In this document: piece after piece, positions 1-9,013 of the stretch
How the letters are laid out: each line of letters starts with the position of its first letter
Numbering within the stretch: position 1 is the stretch's first letter
From: Candidatus Moraniibacteriota bacterium
GTDB taxonomy: Bacteria; Patescibacteriota; Minisyncoccia; Moranbacterales; UBA1568
Direction of reading: 5' to 3'
NCBI GenBank assembly: GCA_037441965.1
Contig: JBBIRD010000005.1
Span: 1-56,536, forward strand
DNA length: 56,536 nt
Notes under the pieces: generated by a model
Databases searched by the model: none
What the model saw: the letters and a program-made list of their open reading frames with translations, nothing else
Told to the model about the DNA's origin: nothing
Made by a program: the position numbers and the translations under genes

Positions 1-59
<59 letters not shown>

Positions 60-314
60 AAAATTGTATTTATTATATCGTACTTAAAAAAGTAAGAAAA
101 AATAACAATTTAGTTGGTAGCATCACTGCTACCGAATAGAGCTTCTTCCGTGTAATGTTATTCTTTTCTTGTAAACAAGTCTGGAATACATTACATATAT
201 TTTCTTCCATCTAAAGATGAAAGAAAACAAGGACTAACCACAAAAAATTGTGATTAAATATATTGTGTTTTATTTCTTTCACGAGGGTAAAAAAAATAAA
301 ACGTTTTGGCTCAA

Positions 315-326
315 TTGTTAAAGAAA
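315..326 (-). promoter_or_regulatory. boxA-like antitermination element in the rRNA leader
   Basis: Minus strand reads TTTCTTTAACAA, matching the CTTTAACAA core of the rrn boxA consensus (TGCTCTTTAACAA); it lies between a hairpin and the 16S 5' end. Confidence 0.55.
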
Positions 327-361
327 TTTTTATCTTCTCTTATTTACTTTCGAGAGAACAA

Positions 362-381
362 AAAAAGTCCAAAGACTTTTT
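362..381 (-). promoter_or_regulatory. leader hairpin (boxB-like position; could also be a weak terminator for the upstream membrane-protein gene)
   Basis: AAAAAGTC-caaa-GACTTTTT, 8-bp stem with 4-nt loop, located upstream of the boxA-like element on the minus strand. Confidence 0.35.
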
Positions 382-456
382 ATAACTTCATCAATCAAAG
401 AAACAAGATAAATAAAAGCAAACTGTGAGCATTAATACTCATAAGATTGCTTACCT

Positions 457-484
457 AGTATAGCAACTATTCAAAGCCTGTCAA
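457..484 (-). promoter_or_regulatory. candidate sigma70-type promoter of the rRNA operon
   Basis: Minus strand: TTGACA (484-479), 16-nt spacer, TATACT (462-457); about 400 nt upstream of the 16S 5' end. Confidence 0.5.
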
Positions 485-567
485 GTCCCCTTTTTCATCT
501 CTTGTATATGTAATAAAGAGAGTTTCTTAAATACAGAAAAAATACCTATAATAAAGCATTTCCTATA

Positions 568-1071
568 TTATTTTAGACGATTATTTACAAAAAGAAGCGT
601 AAGCAAAGGAATAACCATCCAGAAGATAAGCGCCATCGGTGACGCGAAGTATCCGTATGCTGAAACAGAAATAAAACTGAGAGCAATTTTATACGGTAAA
701 AACGATAAGACAACACTCACAATAATACCCGTAACAAGAATACTCATCACAAAAAGTCGCCAAAAAATATCTGTCCCCACATTCGAAAAATGAAGATCAA
801 AAAGACGCTTATCAACAGTTGTAAGAAATATAAGGAGAAAGAGAAAGATGCCTGATTTTGCATATGGCGACACAGCAAAAATATCTGATGGAATAATACC
901 TACAAAAGCGAGTGAAATATACACATTGATAAGAATATTGATCATTTTGAAACGACCAAAAACAAACCCAAGAATGAGACTTATACCAATAAACAAAAAG
1001 AGAAGAGAAACATCACCAGCAATATTTTTTGGTAAAACAAACGAAGAAAAAAAATCAAAAAAAGATGCCAT
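568..1071 (-). CDS. small polytopic membrane protein, function unknown
   Basis: 167-aa ORF with about 5 hydrophobic segments; the overlapping plus-strand ORFs look like antisense artefacts. Confidence 0.6.
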   Translation of the reverse strand: MASFFDFFSSFVLPKNIAGDVSLLFLFIGISLILGFVFGRFKMINILINVYISLAFVGIIPSDIFAVSPYAKSGIFLFLLIFLTTVDKRLFDLHFSNVGTDIFWRLFVMSILVTGIIVSVVLSFLPYKIALSFISVSAYGYFASPMALIFWMVIPLLTLLFVNNRLK

Positions 1072-1207
1072 AAAAATAGTTCATATCAATATAAAGCTTT
1101 TTCAGTGTACCTCTCATTATGCACCCTGTCAAAACAAAAAAGACCTCTATCTTCACAAAAAGCTTCTTTTCGGGGTATACTACTTGTATCCTTAATACCC
1201 TCTTTTT

Positions 1208-2686
1208 ATGAATCGAATTCGTCCATTTTTATTCTGGTTTTTTGTCATCACATTTTTTACTACAACCAGCAGTGTTCTTTTTTATACTTTTGGATACCGC
1301 TTCAATTTTGATCGTGGTATTTTTGTTTATACAGGATCTATTTCCATAAAGTCCAAACCGACAACGGTAGATATTTATATTGATAACAAACTCATACCTC
1401 AACAAAAATTAGGGACCATCAATCAATCCATTCATATTGGAGGACTTACTCCTGGCGAACACATCATTGAAGTTACCGCTCCAGGATATACATCTTGGTC
1501 AAAGAAAACAACTATTCAGAGTGGTCTCTCAACAGAATTCTGGAATGTCGTTCTCACTAAGAAAGAATATGATCGAGAAGTACTTGATCACACTGAAGAT
1601 GTCAAAAGGATTTTTCAATCACGCGATAAATGGATTTTAGCTGTTGCAAAAGAAAAAAATAATATCTTAACGGTAGAAAAAATAGATACAGATAACGCTG
1701 TATCTGATAATGTATTTTCTCTTGCCAATGCTTCACTCTCCGAAAATACTAAAGAAAATATTGAATGGTCACCGGATAACAAAAAACTTCTTATACCAGT
1801 TTTGAAAGATAATAAGAGAGAATACTTTATCGTAGATATCGCCACAAAAGAATTGTTCTCACTCAATGAAAAAACACAAAGTGATCAAACAGGCATCGTA
1901 CAAACTCCCAGATGGGATCCATCAAGGAGAAATGCTCTTCTTTATATAAAGAACCATATATTATATCGTTTTGACACAGCATCACCTGATACAGAACCAA
2001 TTATACTCAAAGAAAATGTAAAGAGTTACAATTTTTCTGGCGAAGATATCTATTACTTAGATAGTGAGAGCGGGATAATATATACATTCTTTGGAAATAA
2101 CTTCGACAACAAGTCATCTCAAGTATCGACAACGGCTATCCCGCTTATTGATGAGAGCGAATATACTCTTATATTATATGACAGCACAAGACTCACTCTG
2201 AGAGAAGAAAAAACAGGGAAATTGTGGATTTACAATGATATTGATGATGGCCCTCTACATACACCACTCAAAGAAATTGGAGAAAAAAACATTGATGGAG
2301 TCCAATTTTCTGATGACGGGAAAAAACTTCTTTTCTTCTCAAAAAACGAAATTTATGTCTATTTTCTTCGTGATTGGGATGCTCAACCGATACGAACGAA
2401 AGATACTTCAATACAAATCGCCCGTTTTTCAAGTATAATTAATAACGTTTTCTGGGCAGAAGATTACGAACATATTATTTTCTCTATTGAAAACACAGCA
2501 AAGATCATTGAAATTGATCACAGAGATAAAAGAAATATTGCTGATCTCATCACTCTTCCAGGAGAAATCTTACAAATTTTACCACGCACTGAAGAAAATT
2601 ATCTTTATTTTACAGAAAAATCCTCAAATGGAAATACTGTAAGTCGTATTACTCCTTTCGAAAAAACCAATCTATTTGGTCTCTAA
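1208..2686 (+). CDS. membrane-anchored PEGA-domain protein with a beta-propeller-like C-terminal region
   Basis: N-terminal TM segment; PEGA-like segment (VDIYIDNKLI...GEHIIEVTAPGYTSW); repeated TolB/WD40-like strands (SPDNKKLL, SDDGKKLLFF). Confidence 0.7.
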   Translation: MNRIRPFLFWFFVITFFTTTSSVLFYTFGYRFNFDRGIFVYTGSISIKSKPTTVDIYIDNKLIPQQKLGTINQSIHIGGLTPGEHIIEVTAPGYTSWSKKTTIQSGLSTEFWNVVLTKKEYDREVLDHTEDVKRIFQSRDKWILAVAKEKNNILTVEKIDTDNAVSDNVFSLANASLSENTKENIEWSPDNKKLLIPVLKDNKREYFIVDIATKELFSLNEKTQSDQTGIVQTPRWDPSRRNALLYIKNHILYRFDTASPDTEPIILKENVKSYNFSGEDIYYLDSESGIIYTFFGNNFDNKSSQVSTTAIPLIDESEYTLILYDSTRLTLREEKTGKLWIYNDIDDGPLHTPLKEIGEKNIDGVQFSDDGKKLLFFSKNEIYVYFLRDWDAQPIRTKDTSIQIARFSSIINNVFWAEDYEHIIFSIENTAKIIEIDHRDKRNIADLITLPGEILQILPRTEENYLYFTEKSSNGNTVSRITPFEKTNLFGL

Positions 2687-2707
2687 TATCTCTTTACCTT
2701 AGCCCTT

Positions 2708-3850
2708 ATGTCATCATTTCACGAAAGATTATTCTCATCGATCCCAAATACAGAAAAAGAACTCAAAATAACCAACGAAAATGATACTCATCTCGGGGGA
2801 TGGAATAAAAAAGAAGAAGAAAATATCAACAAAAAACTTTGTTCCGGTTTTGAATCAATTTTACAGACACTCAAAAACAACCCGGAAGACATCCACCAAA
2901 GAATCGACCGACTCAAAAATCTTTCCGATCATGAAAGTATTTTAAAAAAAATTTCTCACTTTATTTCAGAAACAGAATGGGAAATGCTTGCTGTGCTCGA
3001 AGCATACGATAAACCTACTTTTGATCACTCTCTCCGTGTGACTAATTTTATATATACCTTAACCACTGAAAATAACAGAACACAACAATACTTACAAAAA
3101 CGTATTGAGATAGAAGAAAGCTCTTTCGATAAACTTTATTTAGCATCTCTTTTTCATGACATTGGAAAAACGGCTATCCCAAGACACATCCTTCATGATA
3201 ATCATTCAAGACGCGAATGGGGAAAAAGAGCAAACAAATGGGCAAAAACAAACAATAAAGAAAATTATTTCGATGCAAAAAAACTCGAGACGCTCGATGA
3301 AGTAGAGCTCGATCATTATTTTATGCAAATTCATACTCTCAATAAATATGATCCGCTCAATATCGTACCGATAAAGAATTTTTTTAACGAACAAGATTTA
3401 CATATTCTCAAACAACACAGTATCTCTCCTAACGATACTTTTCGTAAAGTACTTGAATGTCACGAAAAAGCGACAGAATCTATTCTTCTTTCAAAGCAAA
3501 TGTATATTACTGCTGATATTGCTTCACATCATCATGATTACGAAAGAAAACCTATCCAACTTGAACGCTATAAAACAGAAATATCAGCCTTACGCCTCGG
3601 ATTTGAATTATCGATTCTACGATCAATGGATGTTTTTGATGCACTTACTTCAGATGATCGTTCCTATAAAACGCCCTATCATCCACTTCTTGCTCTAAAA
3701 ACACTTATTAAAGAAGCGGAAGCAGGATTTACCGAACCAGAACTGACGAAATATATCGTCTCCGATCTCTATGCTAAAATAAAAGAGAGAAATCCAACTA
3801 CTCAAGCAGAAAAAATAGCCCAGAAAAAAATACTCGATTTTATCGCATAA
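2708..3850 (+). CDS. HD-domain phosphohydrolase (HD-GYP-like, degenerate)
   Basis: H..SLRV, LFHDIGKTAIP and ASHHHDYE motifs typical of HD superfamily metal sites. Confidence 0.7.
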   Translation: MSSFHERLFSSIPNTEKELKITNENDTHLGGWNKKEEENINKKLCSGFESILQTLKNNPEDIHQRIDRLKNLSDHESILKKISHFISETEWEMLAVLEAYDKPTFDHSLRVTNFIYTLTTENNRTQQYLQKRIEIEESSFDKLYLASLFHDIGKTAIPRHILHDNHSRREWGKRANKWAKTNNKENYFDAKKLETLDEVELDHYFMQIHTLNKYDPLNIVPIKNFFNEQDLHILKQHSISPNDTFRKVLECHEKATESILLSKQMYITADIASHHHDYERKPIQLERYKTEISALRLGFELSILRSMDVFDALTSDDRSYKTPYHPLLALKTLIKEAEAGFTEPELTKYIVSDLYAKIKERNPTTQAEKIAQKKILDFIA

Positions 3851-3894
3851 AGAGATTATTTTTTTCGTTTTCTTTTGTATACTTTAGAAAAACG

Positions 3895-5781
3895 CTACAT
3901 CTTTTCAGGAACTCGTATATTCAGCAGAGCAAGACCATTTTTTATGACATTTGCCGTTGAACGACTCAACATAATTCTTGATATTCTTAAAGTATCATCT
4001 CCAGTCTTCAATATTGATACATCGTTATAAAAACTATTGAATAGTAAAGCCAATTCCTCAAGGTAAGTACAAATATCGTGTGGCGAATCAGTTTTCTGTG
4101 CTTTGGCAATAATTTGAGGAAATTCCATAAGTTTTTTCGCCAACGAAAACTCATTTTTCGTTTCAAAACAAATATTACTCTCATCTAAAACAATATCTGA
4201 TTCACCTGGAAATGTCTCATCTATTTTCTTCAGTATCGATTGAATGCGTACATATGTGTACTGCAAATATGTTGCACTCCCACCCTCAAAATCAAGCATC
4301 TTATCCCAGTCGAAAGAAATATTTTTTATTCGAGATTGATGAAGATCGTTATAGAGAATAGCACCTACTCCAATAATCTCAAAAATCTCATCTAATTTTT
4401 CTCCTATTAAAGAAGGATTCTTTTTAGAAAAAATTTCTCGTGACTTCTCTACAGACTGTTCTATTAAATCATTCAACTCAATCAGTGTCCCTCTTCTTGT
4501 TGACATCTTCTTGCCTTCCTTGGTTACCATACCAAAATCGATGTGTTTCGCCTTCACCGAATCCGGCAAATATCCAGCTCTTCTCGCAAGAGAAAAAAAC
4601 TGTTTGAAATTAAGACTTTGTTCACTACCAACTACATAAAGAATTGTTTCTGGATTGAAAATCTCATTACGAAACTTCAAAGTAGCCATATCACGAGATA
4701 TATAAAGAGTTGATCCGTCCTGTTTGCGTAACAGAAATGAAGGGAGATTGTCTTGTTGATCCACAACGACTGCTCCAGTCTCATCATCTATTCTACATAT
4801 ACCTTTACTCAAACAATCTTGAACCACTTTTTCTGCTTCCTTTATGAAAAAGCTTTCCCCTATATGCATATCGAAATTGATACCAAGACGCTCATACATT
4901 TTTTCAAAATCGATAACACTCCAATCTCTGAATCTTTTCCATAAGATCGTCAATTCAGGATCTCCATTTTCCAACTTAGCGAATAATACACGCGCTTCAT
5001 CTTCCATTTGAGGATTATCTTTGGCAAGATTATGAAACTTTACATACAGATTTTTCAATTCCTCTATCGGATTTTTTTCTATATCTTCTTCATTGCCCCA
5101 ATGTTTGTATGCAAAAAGTAATTTACCAAATTGAGTCCCCCAATCCCCAAGATGATTATCTCTGATGACAGAATAGCCAGTTTTCTCATAAAGATTAGCA
5201 AGCGCCTGACCAATAATTGTCGATCTAAGGTGACCAATCCCCATAGGTTTAGCGATGTTTGGAGATGAATAATCCACAACAACAACTTTTTTTGCGTTAA
5301 TATCACTCTCGCCATATTTGTCGCCCAATGTAGCAATACAAGAAAGTGTAGAAGCATATAATATGTTCTTCTTTGCTTCAACATTAACGAATGGACCAAC
5401 CGCAACAGCTTTGTCTATAAACTCCGTATGTTCTTCTCTATTGATACCATCCACAACTTTAGAAGAAAGAGTTTGTGGGCTTTCTTTAAGTTTCTTTGCT
5501 AATCCAAATGTCTCAATTGCAAAATCACCAGTAACATACGCTGGCGGAGATTGTAAATCAAATTCTTCATTAAAAATCCCCGGTGATTCGATCGATTTTT
5601 CTACAATACCACAAAGCTCTTTTTGAATTCTGAAAACAGGATATATTTCTTTCGAAATATATTTCCTTTCCATCATTTCACATTTCACTCTATCAAGAAC
5701 AGAGTAAACGGTTGTCATTACCTCTTGCTGATACTGATCAAAAATTGGCGTTTTCTGGTCATTTTTTTTCATAACTTTCAC
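3895..5781 (-). CDS. argS: arginine--tRNA ligase
   Basis: 628 aa; class I HIGH-type motif SSPNIAKPMGIGHLRSTIIG and KMSTRRG (KMSKS-type), with the typical ArgRS C-terminal anticodon-binding region. Confidence 0.95.
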   Translation of the reverse strand: MKVMKKNDQKTPIFDQYQQEVMTTVYSVLDRVKCEMMERKYISKEIYPVFRIQKELCGIVEKSIESPGIFNEEFDLQSPPAYVTGDFAIETFGLAKKLKESPQTLSSKVVDGINREEHTEFIDKAVAVGPFVNVEAKKNILYASTLSCIATLGDKYGESDINAKKVVVVDYSSPNIAKPMGIGHLRSTIIGQALANLYEKTGYSVIRDNHLGDWGTQFGKLLFAYKHWGNEEDIEKNPIEELKNLYVKFHNLAKDNPQMEDEARVLFAKLENGDPELTILWKRFRDWSVIDFEKMYERLGINFDMHIGESFFIKEAEKVVQDCLSKGICRIDDETGAVVVDQQDNLPSFLLRKQDGSTLYISRDMATLKFRNEIFNPETILYVVGSEQSLNFKQFFSLARRAGYLPDSVKAKHIDFGMVTKEGKKMSTRRGTLIELNDLIEQSVEKSREIFSKKNPSLIGEKLDEIFEIIGVGAILYNDLHQSRIKNISFDWDKMLDFEGGSATYLQYTYVRIQSILKKIDETFPGESDIVLDESNICFETKNEFSLAKKLMEFPQIIAKAQKTDSPHDICTYLEELALLFNSFYNDVSILKTGDDTLRISRIMLSRSTANVIKNGLALLNIRVPEKM

Positions 5782-5910
5782 TCATTCATTGCTTATTCTA
5801 CGATTGTGTAGTTTCAGAACTATTCATTGTAATACTATTCGCTTATTTTTATCTCCTAATGTTACTATCTTACAGGAAAAACAGAAAAAATCAACTTAGC
5901 ACAATAAAAA

Positions 5911-5937
5911 AGCATCCAACAAAATTGTTTGGATGCT
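5911..5937 (-). terminator. intrinsic terminator closing the accessory operon
   Basis: AGCATCCAA-(9 nt)-TTGGATGCT, 9-bp stem, followed on the minus strand by TTTTTTATT; lies 79 nt downstream of the last island ORF. Confidence 0.65.
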
Positions 5938-6015
5938 CTTTGTATAATTTTTTGAATTTTTCAATGTCTTTTTTTGTTGTCATTAAAATTATTAAAAGAA
6001 TAAGGATTAAGAGAT

Positions 6016-6315
6016 TTATTCAACCTCCAATTCCTCGTCTTCATAAGTCAGTTTAATCTTTTCATTGCCATGTATTTTGTGATGACAATCTTTGCAAAGT
6101 ATAGTTATATTTTCAACGCTTGTTCTGCCACCTTTTGAATAAAGCTCTTTGTGATGATAGTCTGGCTCGCCATAATCCCTGAATTTCTTGCCACAACCCC
6201 ACTGACCTTTCAATAAAACAGCAAAAGGAAGATTTTTTTTAAAAAAATCACAATAATAATCTAAATATTCCTCAATGTGGCTATTTATCATAATATTTAA
6301 CTTTCTACACCTCAT
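6016..6315 (-). CDS. 99-aa HNH-motif protein with an orphan Walker-A-like N-terminus (probable deletion chimera or remnant)
   Basis: N-terminal FAVLLKGQWGCGKK resembles a P-loop (KAP-like context EEYLDYY...). It runs straight into an HNH core DYHHKELYSKGG...NITILCKDCHHKIH, with no ATPase body in between. Confidence 0.5.
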   Translation of the reverse strand: MRCRKLNIMINSHIEEYLDYYCDFFKKNLPFAVLLKGQWGCGKKFRDYGEPDYHHKELYSKGGRTSVENITILCKDCHHKIHGNEKIKLTYEDEELEVE

Positions 6316-6757
6316 CTCGACCTTTCATCCCAGCAACCACGTGATCAAACACGCCCCTAACAGAGCTATCAATTCTTAATTTAGTATTTTTTGAGTGATA
6401 CCAAAAACAATTATATTTTTCATCAATTTCAAGTTGAATATCTTTCTTAATGCAGACATGATTTCCCATGCCACCATTGTAACCAATGAAAAGATGCTCA
6501 TTTTGTTCAATCAGCTTTTCTGTTGCATCGTATGATTCTTTATCTATGGAAACATTGGTTTCATGTGTAACTAAATTGTCTTCATCCTTTAATAAATACA
6601 TAAGAATTCCTCCTTCATTACCCATAGCCCCCATGGGAGAAACTTCACAATAAATCACTTTATCGAAATCAATGGAATTCAAATTTTCAGCAGTAATGAT
6701 TATACTCCCTTCAAAAACTATCGGCTTTTCCAATACTCCTCTATAAACTATTGTCAT
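6305..6757 (-). CDS. hypothetical protein (150 aa), island gene
   Basis: ORF in operon context; two G-x-MGN motifs (PMGAMGNEGG, YNGGMGNHVC); no family recognised. Confidence 0.55.
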   Translation of the reverse strand: MTIVYRGVLEKPIVFEGSIIITAENLNSIDFDKVIYCEVSPMGAMGNEGGILMYLLKDEDNLVTHETNVSIDKESYDATEKLIEQNEHLFIGYNGGMGNHVCIKKDIQLEIDEKYNCFWYHSKNTKLRIDSSVRGVFDHVVAGMKGRDEV

Positions 6758-6777
6758 AAAATTATTTAATTTGAGAT

Positions 6778-7182
6778 TTATTCCAGCACATACTTCAAAA
6801 GTTCATTTGTGGCATATTTACTTAATACTGGATAACTATAGCCACCCTTAATACTCCAGGACTCCGTATTTTCTATATCTTCTAAGAATTTTTTTAACAA
6901 TTCATCATGATCATACAAATACCAACAATTATTTTTTCTATCACAAAAACAAATTTTAATATCCTTGCCAATATATTTTTTTTCAAATGTCATTCTCCCT
7001 TTTAATTGAACTTTCATATGATTTGATCCATCAAAACTAATGGCTATAAAGTCTGCACCCATCCAATCGTCAGAAAGCTTAACCGTTGTAAATCCATAAT
7101 CAGCAAAAATAGAAGAAACTTTTTGAAAATTATAAATCTCTTGCTGTCTTGCATTTAAGTTTTCATATTTTATCTTTTGCAT
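6778..7182 (-). CDS. hypothetical protein (134 aa), possible minimal PD-(D/E)xK-fold protein
   Basis: WMGADFIAISFDGSNHMKVQLKGR has a D...(Q)xK arrangement on predicted consecutive strands; assignment is tentative. Confidence 0.5.
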   Translation of the reverse strand: MQKIKYENLNARQQEIYNFQKVSSIFADYGFTTVKLSDDWMGADFIAISFDGSNHMKVQLKGRMTFEKKYIGKDIKICFCDRKNNCWYLYDHDELLKKFLEDIENTESWSIKGGYSYPVLSKYATNELLKYVLE

Positions 7183-7205
7183 ATATTTTGGATTTAAACA
7201 AAATC

Positions 7206-7961
7206 TTAATTCTTTATTTTTTCAGTAACAGAATTTATATAACTGCAATAATCACACTCGTGATTAGCTTCTGGTATTTTGTCACCATTCAAACATTTAT
7301 GAGCCTCAATAATTGTTTTCTCAACCCATGAATCGTTACCGGTATATGGAATCAAAGCAACATCAAATTCAAGTTTTTGATCAAATGCTTCACAATCTGC
7401 CTTTCCATTGCAATACACAAAATAACCAGCATCGGAAACCTTGTATCCATTTTGCCTTAATAGCCACTGATACACTTCCATCTGGCGTTTATATCCAATC
7501 TGCCAGTCCTTATTTAATTCAGTTATTTCTTCAACTTTTGAAGTTGATTTATAATCAACCACGATATATTCACCTTTTGAGTTTTGCCAAAGATCATCAA
7601 TAGCACCAAATACTAAGAAATTTGTAGACTCATGCAAATGTTGAATACCCGTAAAATTATGCCTCCATTTATCAAGATCATCATGTGCAACTGGCGTAGC
7701 ATCAACTCCATATTTTTCAATTAATGGGTGCCTTGTTCCGTTATATCGATGCGTATCAAATTCTTGCTTTAACAATGCATCAACTGCAGAATTTAATGCG
7801 AAAGGAAATCCGGGCGGTCTACCAACCCCAAGTTTCCTGTCCAAATAAAAACACCTTGGACACTGTAAAAATAAATCAATTTTTGATCTTGAAAGTTTAA
7901 ATGGCTCTGAAGAGTTTTCATAAAGCGCCTTTGTTCGCTGTGCGTTATAGTACTCTGACAT
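7206..7961 (-). CDS. PD-(D/E)XK nuclease, Cas4/RecB-like, with Cys cluster
   Basis: N-terminal LFLQCPRCFYL; motif II/III GAIDDL...YIVVDYKST; QMEVYQWLL (QxxxY); C-terminal HKC-x12-CDYC, a Cas4/AddB-like four-Cys arrangement. Confidence 0.75.
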   Translation of the reverse strand: MSEYYNAQRTKALYENSSEPFKLSRSKIDLFLQCPRCFYLDRKLGVGRPPGFPFALNSAVDALLKQEFDTHRYNGTRHPLIEKYGVDATPVAHDDLDKWRHNFTGIQHLHESTNFLVFGAIDDLWQNSKGEYIVVDYKSTSKVEEITELNKDWQIGYKRQMEVYQWLLRQNGYKVSDAGYFVYCNGKADCEAFDQKLEFDVALIPYTGNDSWVEKTIIEAHKCLNGDKIPEANHECDYCSYINSVTEKIKN

Positions 7962-7975
7962 ATCATTAAAAAATA

Positions 7976-9013
7976 TTAATTCAAATAAAAATCAAGTGGC
8001 TCTACGATAAAATCATTTCCTTTTTTAGTTATAACTCCAGCAGAAACCAAACCATAATTTTTTTTATTAACCATTTTACTTAAAACATTCTCTATGGAGT
8101 ATTTTTCTTTATCAATAAGTAACTTTTTTAATGAAAGCGCCCACAATGCCGTAGCTGAAATAAAGAATAAATCATGCTCAACTAAATTTTTATAGAATAT
8201 ATCAGACTGGTTTCCAATTTTAGAAGTACAATTAATATGACTGCTGAACAATAAATCACTTTCTCTACCATCTATAATTAAAACTGGATAACTTTTTATA
8301 TTAGACAATCCAACCTCTTGTAAATTTTTTAATATCTCTTCTTTATAGCTTATCATCTGAGAAACATATCTACCTTCTTGCATCATTTTTACAAAACTAA
8401 TTTTTGTCTCAGCGGCAATTAAAAACTCATCGTTAGAAAAAAGACAAATATCTAATCTTCCACCCCTGTCCCTGCTTTGTATGATCATTTTTATTTCTAA
8501 TCCCAACCTACTTTCGGCATAAAGAGATAAAAATTTTATAAGTGAAGCACCCCAGACTGCAATATTCCTAGTCTCATCAACACTTGCAAATTCTTCAAAA
8601 TTTTTATAATTAGTATCGGTAGAAATATTTGCCGAGTATGGAATTTCAACAAGTTCATTATTAAAATAGTTTTCAACTAGCTCTTTATTTTTATCTGATA
8701 TGACATTTTCAAAATCACTGCACCCTTCTTTTAGATTAAAATCATCTTCAATTGAAATTAAATTTCCTGGGCAGTTCAATAAGCAAAATAAACATTTTAT
8801 ACAATGATTCCTATTAATATTTATTTTATCATTATTGATTTGTATGCAATTTATATTATGAACCACTGAAAAATACTGATCCCCCTTACTCTTGTTTAAC
8901 AAAAAATCTTTTAAATATCCCCACTTTTTATTAAAAATTGATACACAGGGTGGTAAATTATTTTTTTTATTATAAAGACAATTCATAGACATTTTTCTTA
9001 ATGCTTTTATCAA
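7976..9013 (-). CDS. putative nuclease: ferredoxin-type 4Fe-4S Cys motif plus PD-ExK-like C-terminal half
   Basis: HCIKCLFCLLNCPG = CX2CX2CX3CP; later GRLDICLFSNDEFLIAAETKISF = D...ExK. Alternative starts at 8992 or 8986 (M8/M10). Overlaps the upstream gene. Confidence 0.6.
   Translation of the reverse strand: MIKALRKMSMNCLYNKKNNLPPCVSIFNKKWGYLKDFLLNKSKGDQYFSVVHNINCIQINNDKININRNHCIKCLFCLLNCPGNLISIEDDFNLKEGCSDFENVISDKNKELVENYFNNELVEIPYSANISTDTNYKNFEEFASVDETRNIAVWGASLIKFLSLYAESRLGLEIKMIIQSRDRGGRLDICLFSNDEFLIAAETKISFVKMMQEGRYVSQMISYKEEILKNLQEVGLSNIKSYPVLIIDGRESDLLFSSHINCTSKIGNQSDIFYKNLVEHDLFFISATALWALSLKKLLIDKEKYSIENVLSKMVNKKNYGLVSAGVITKKGNDFIVEPLDFYLN

Noticed and set aside
848-5811. Numerous 60-120-aa ORFs antisense to or nested within the membrane protein gene, the PEGA gene, the HD gene and argS. 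The same pattern occurs inside most long genes elsewhere.
   Set aside because: They lie inside longer ORFs with clear homology-type motifs, have biased low-complexity translations and show no operon logic.
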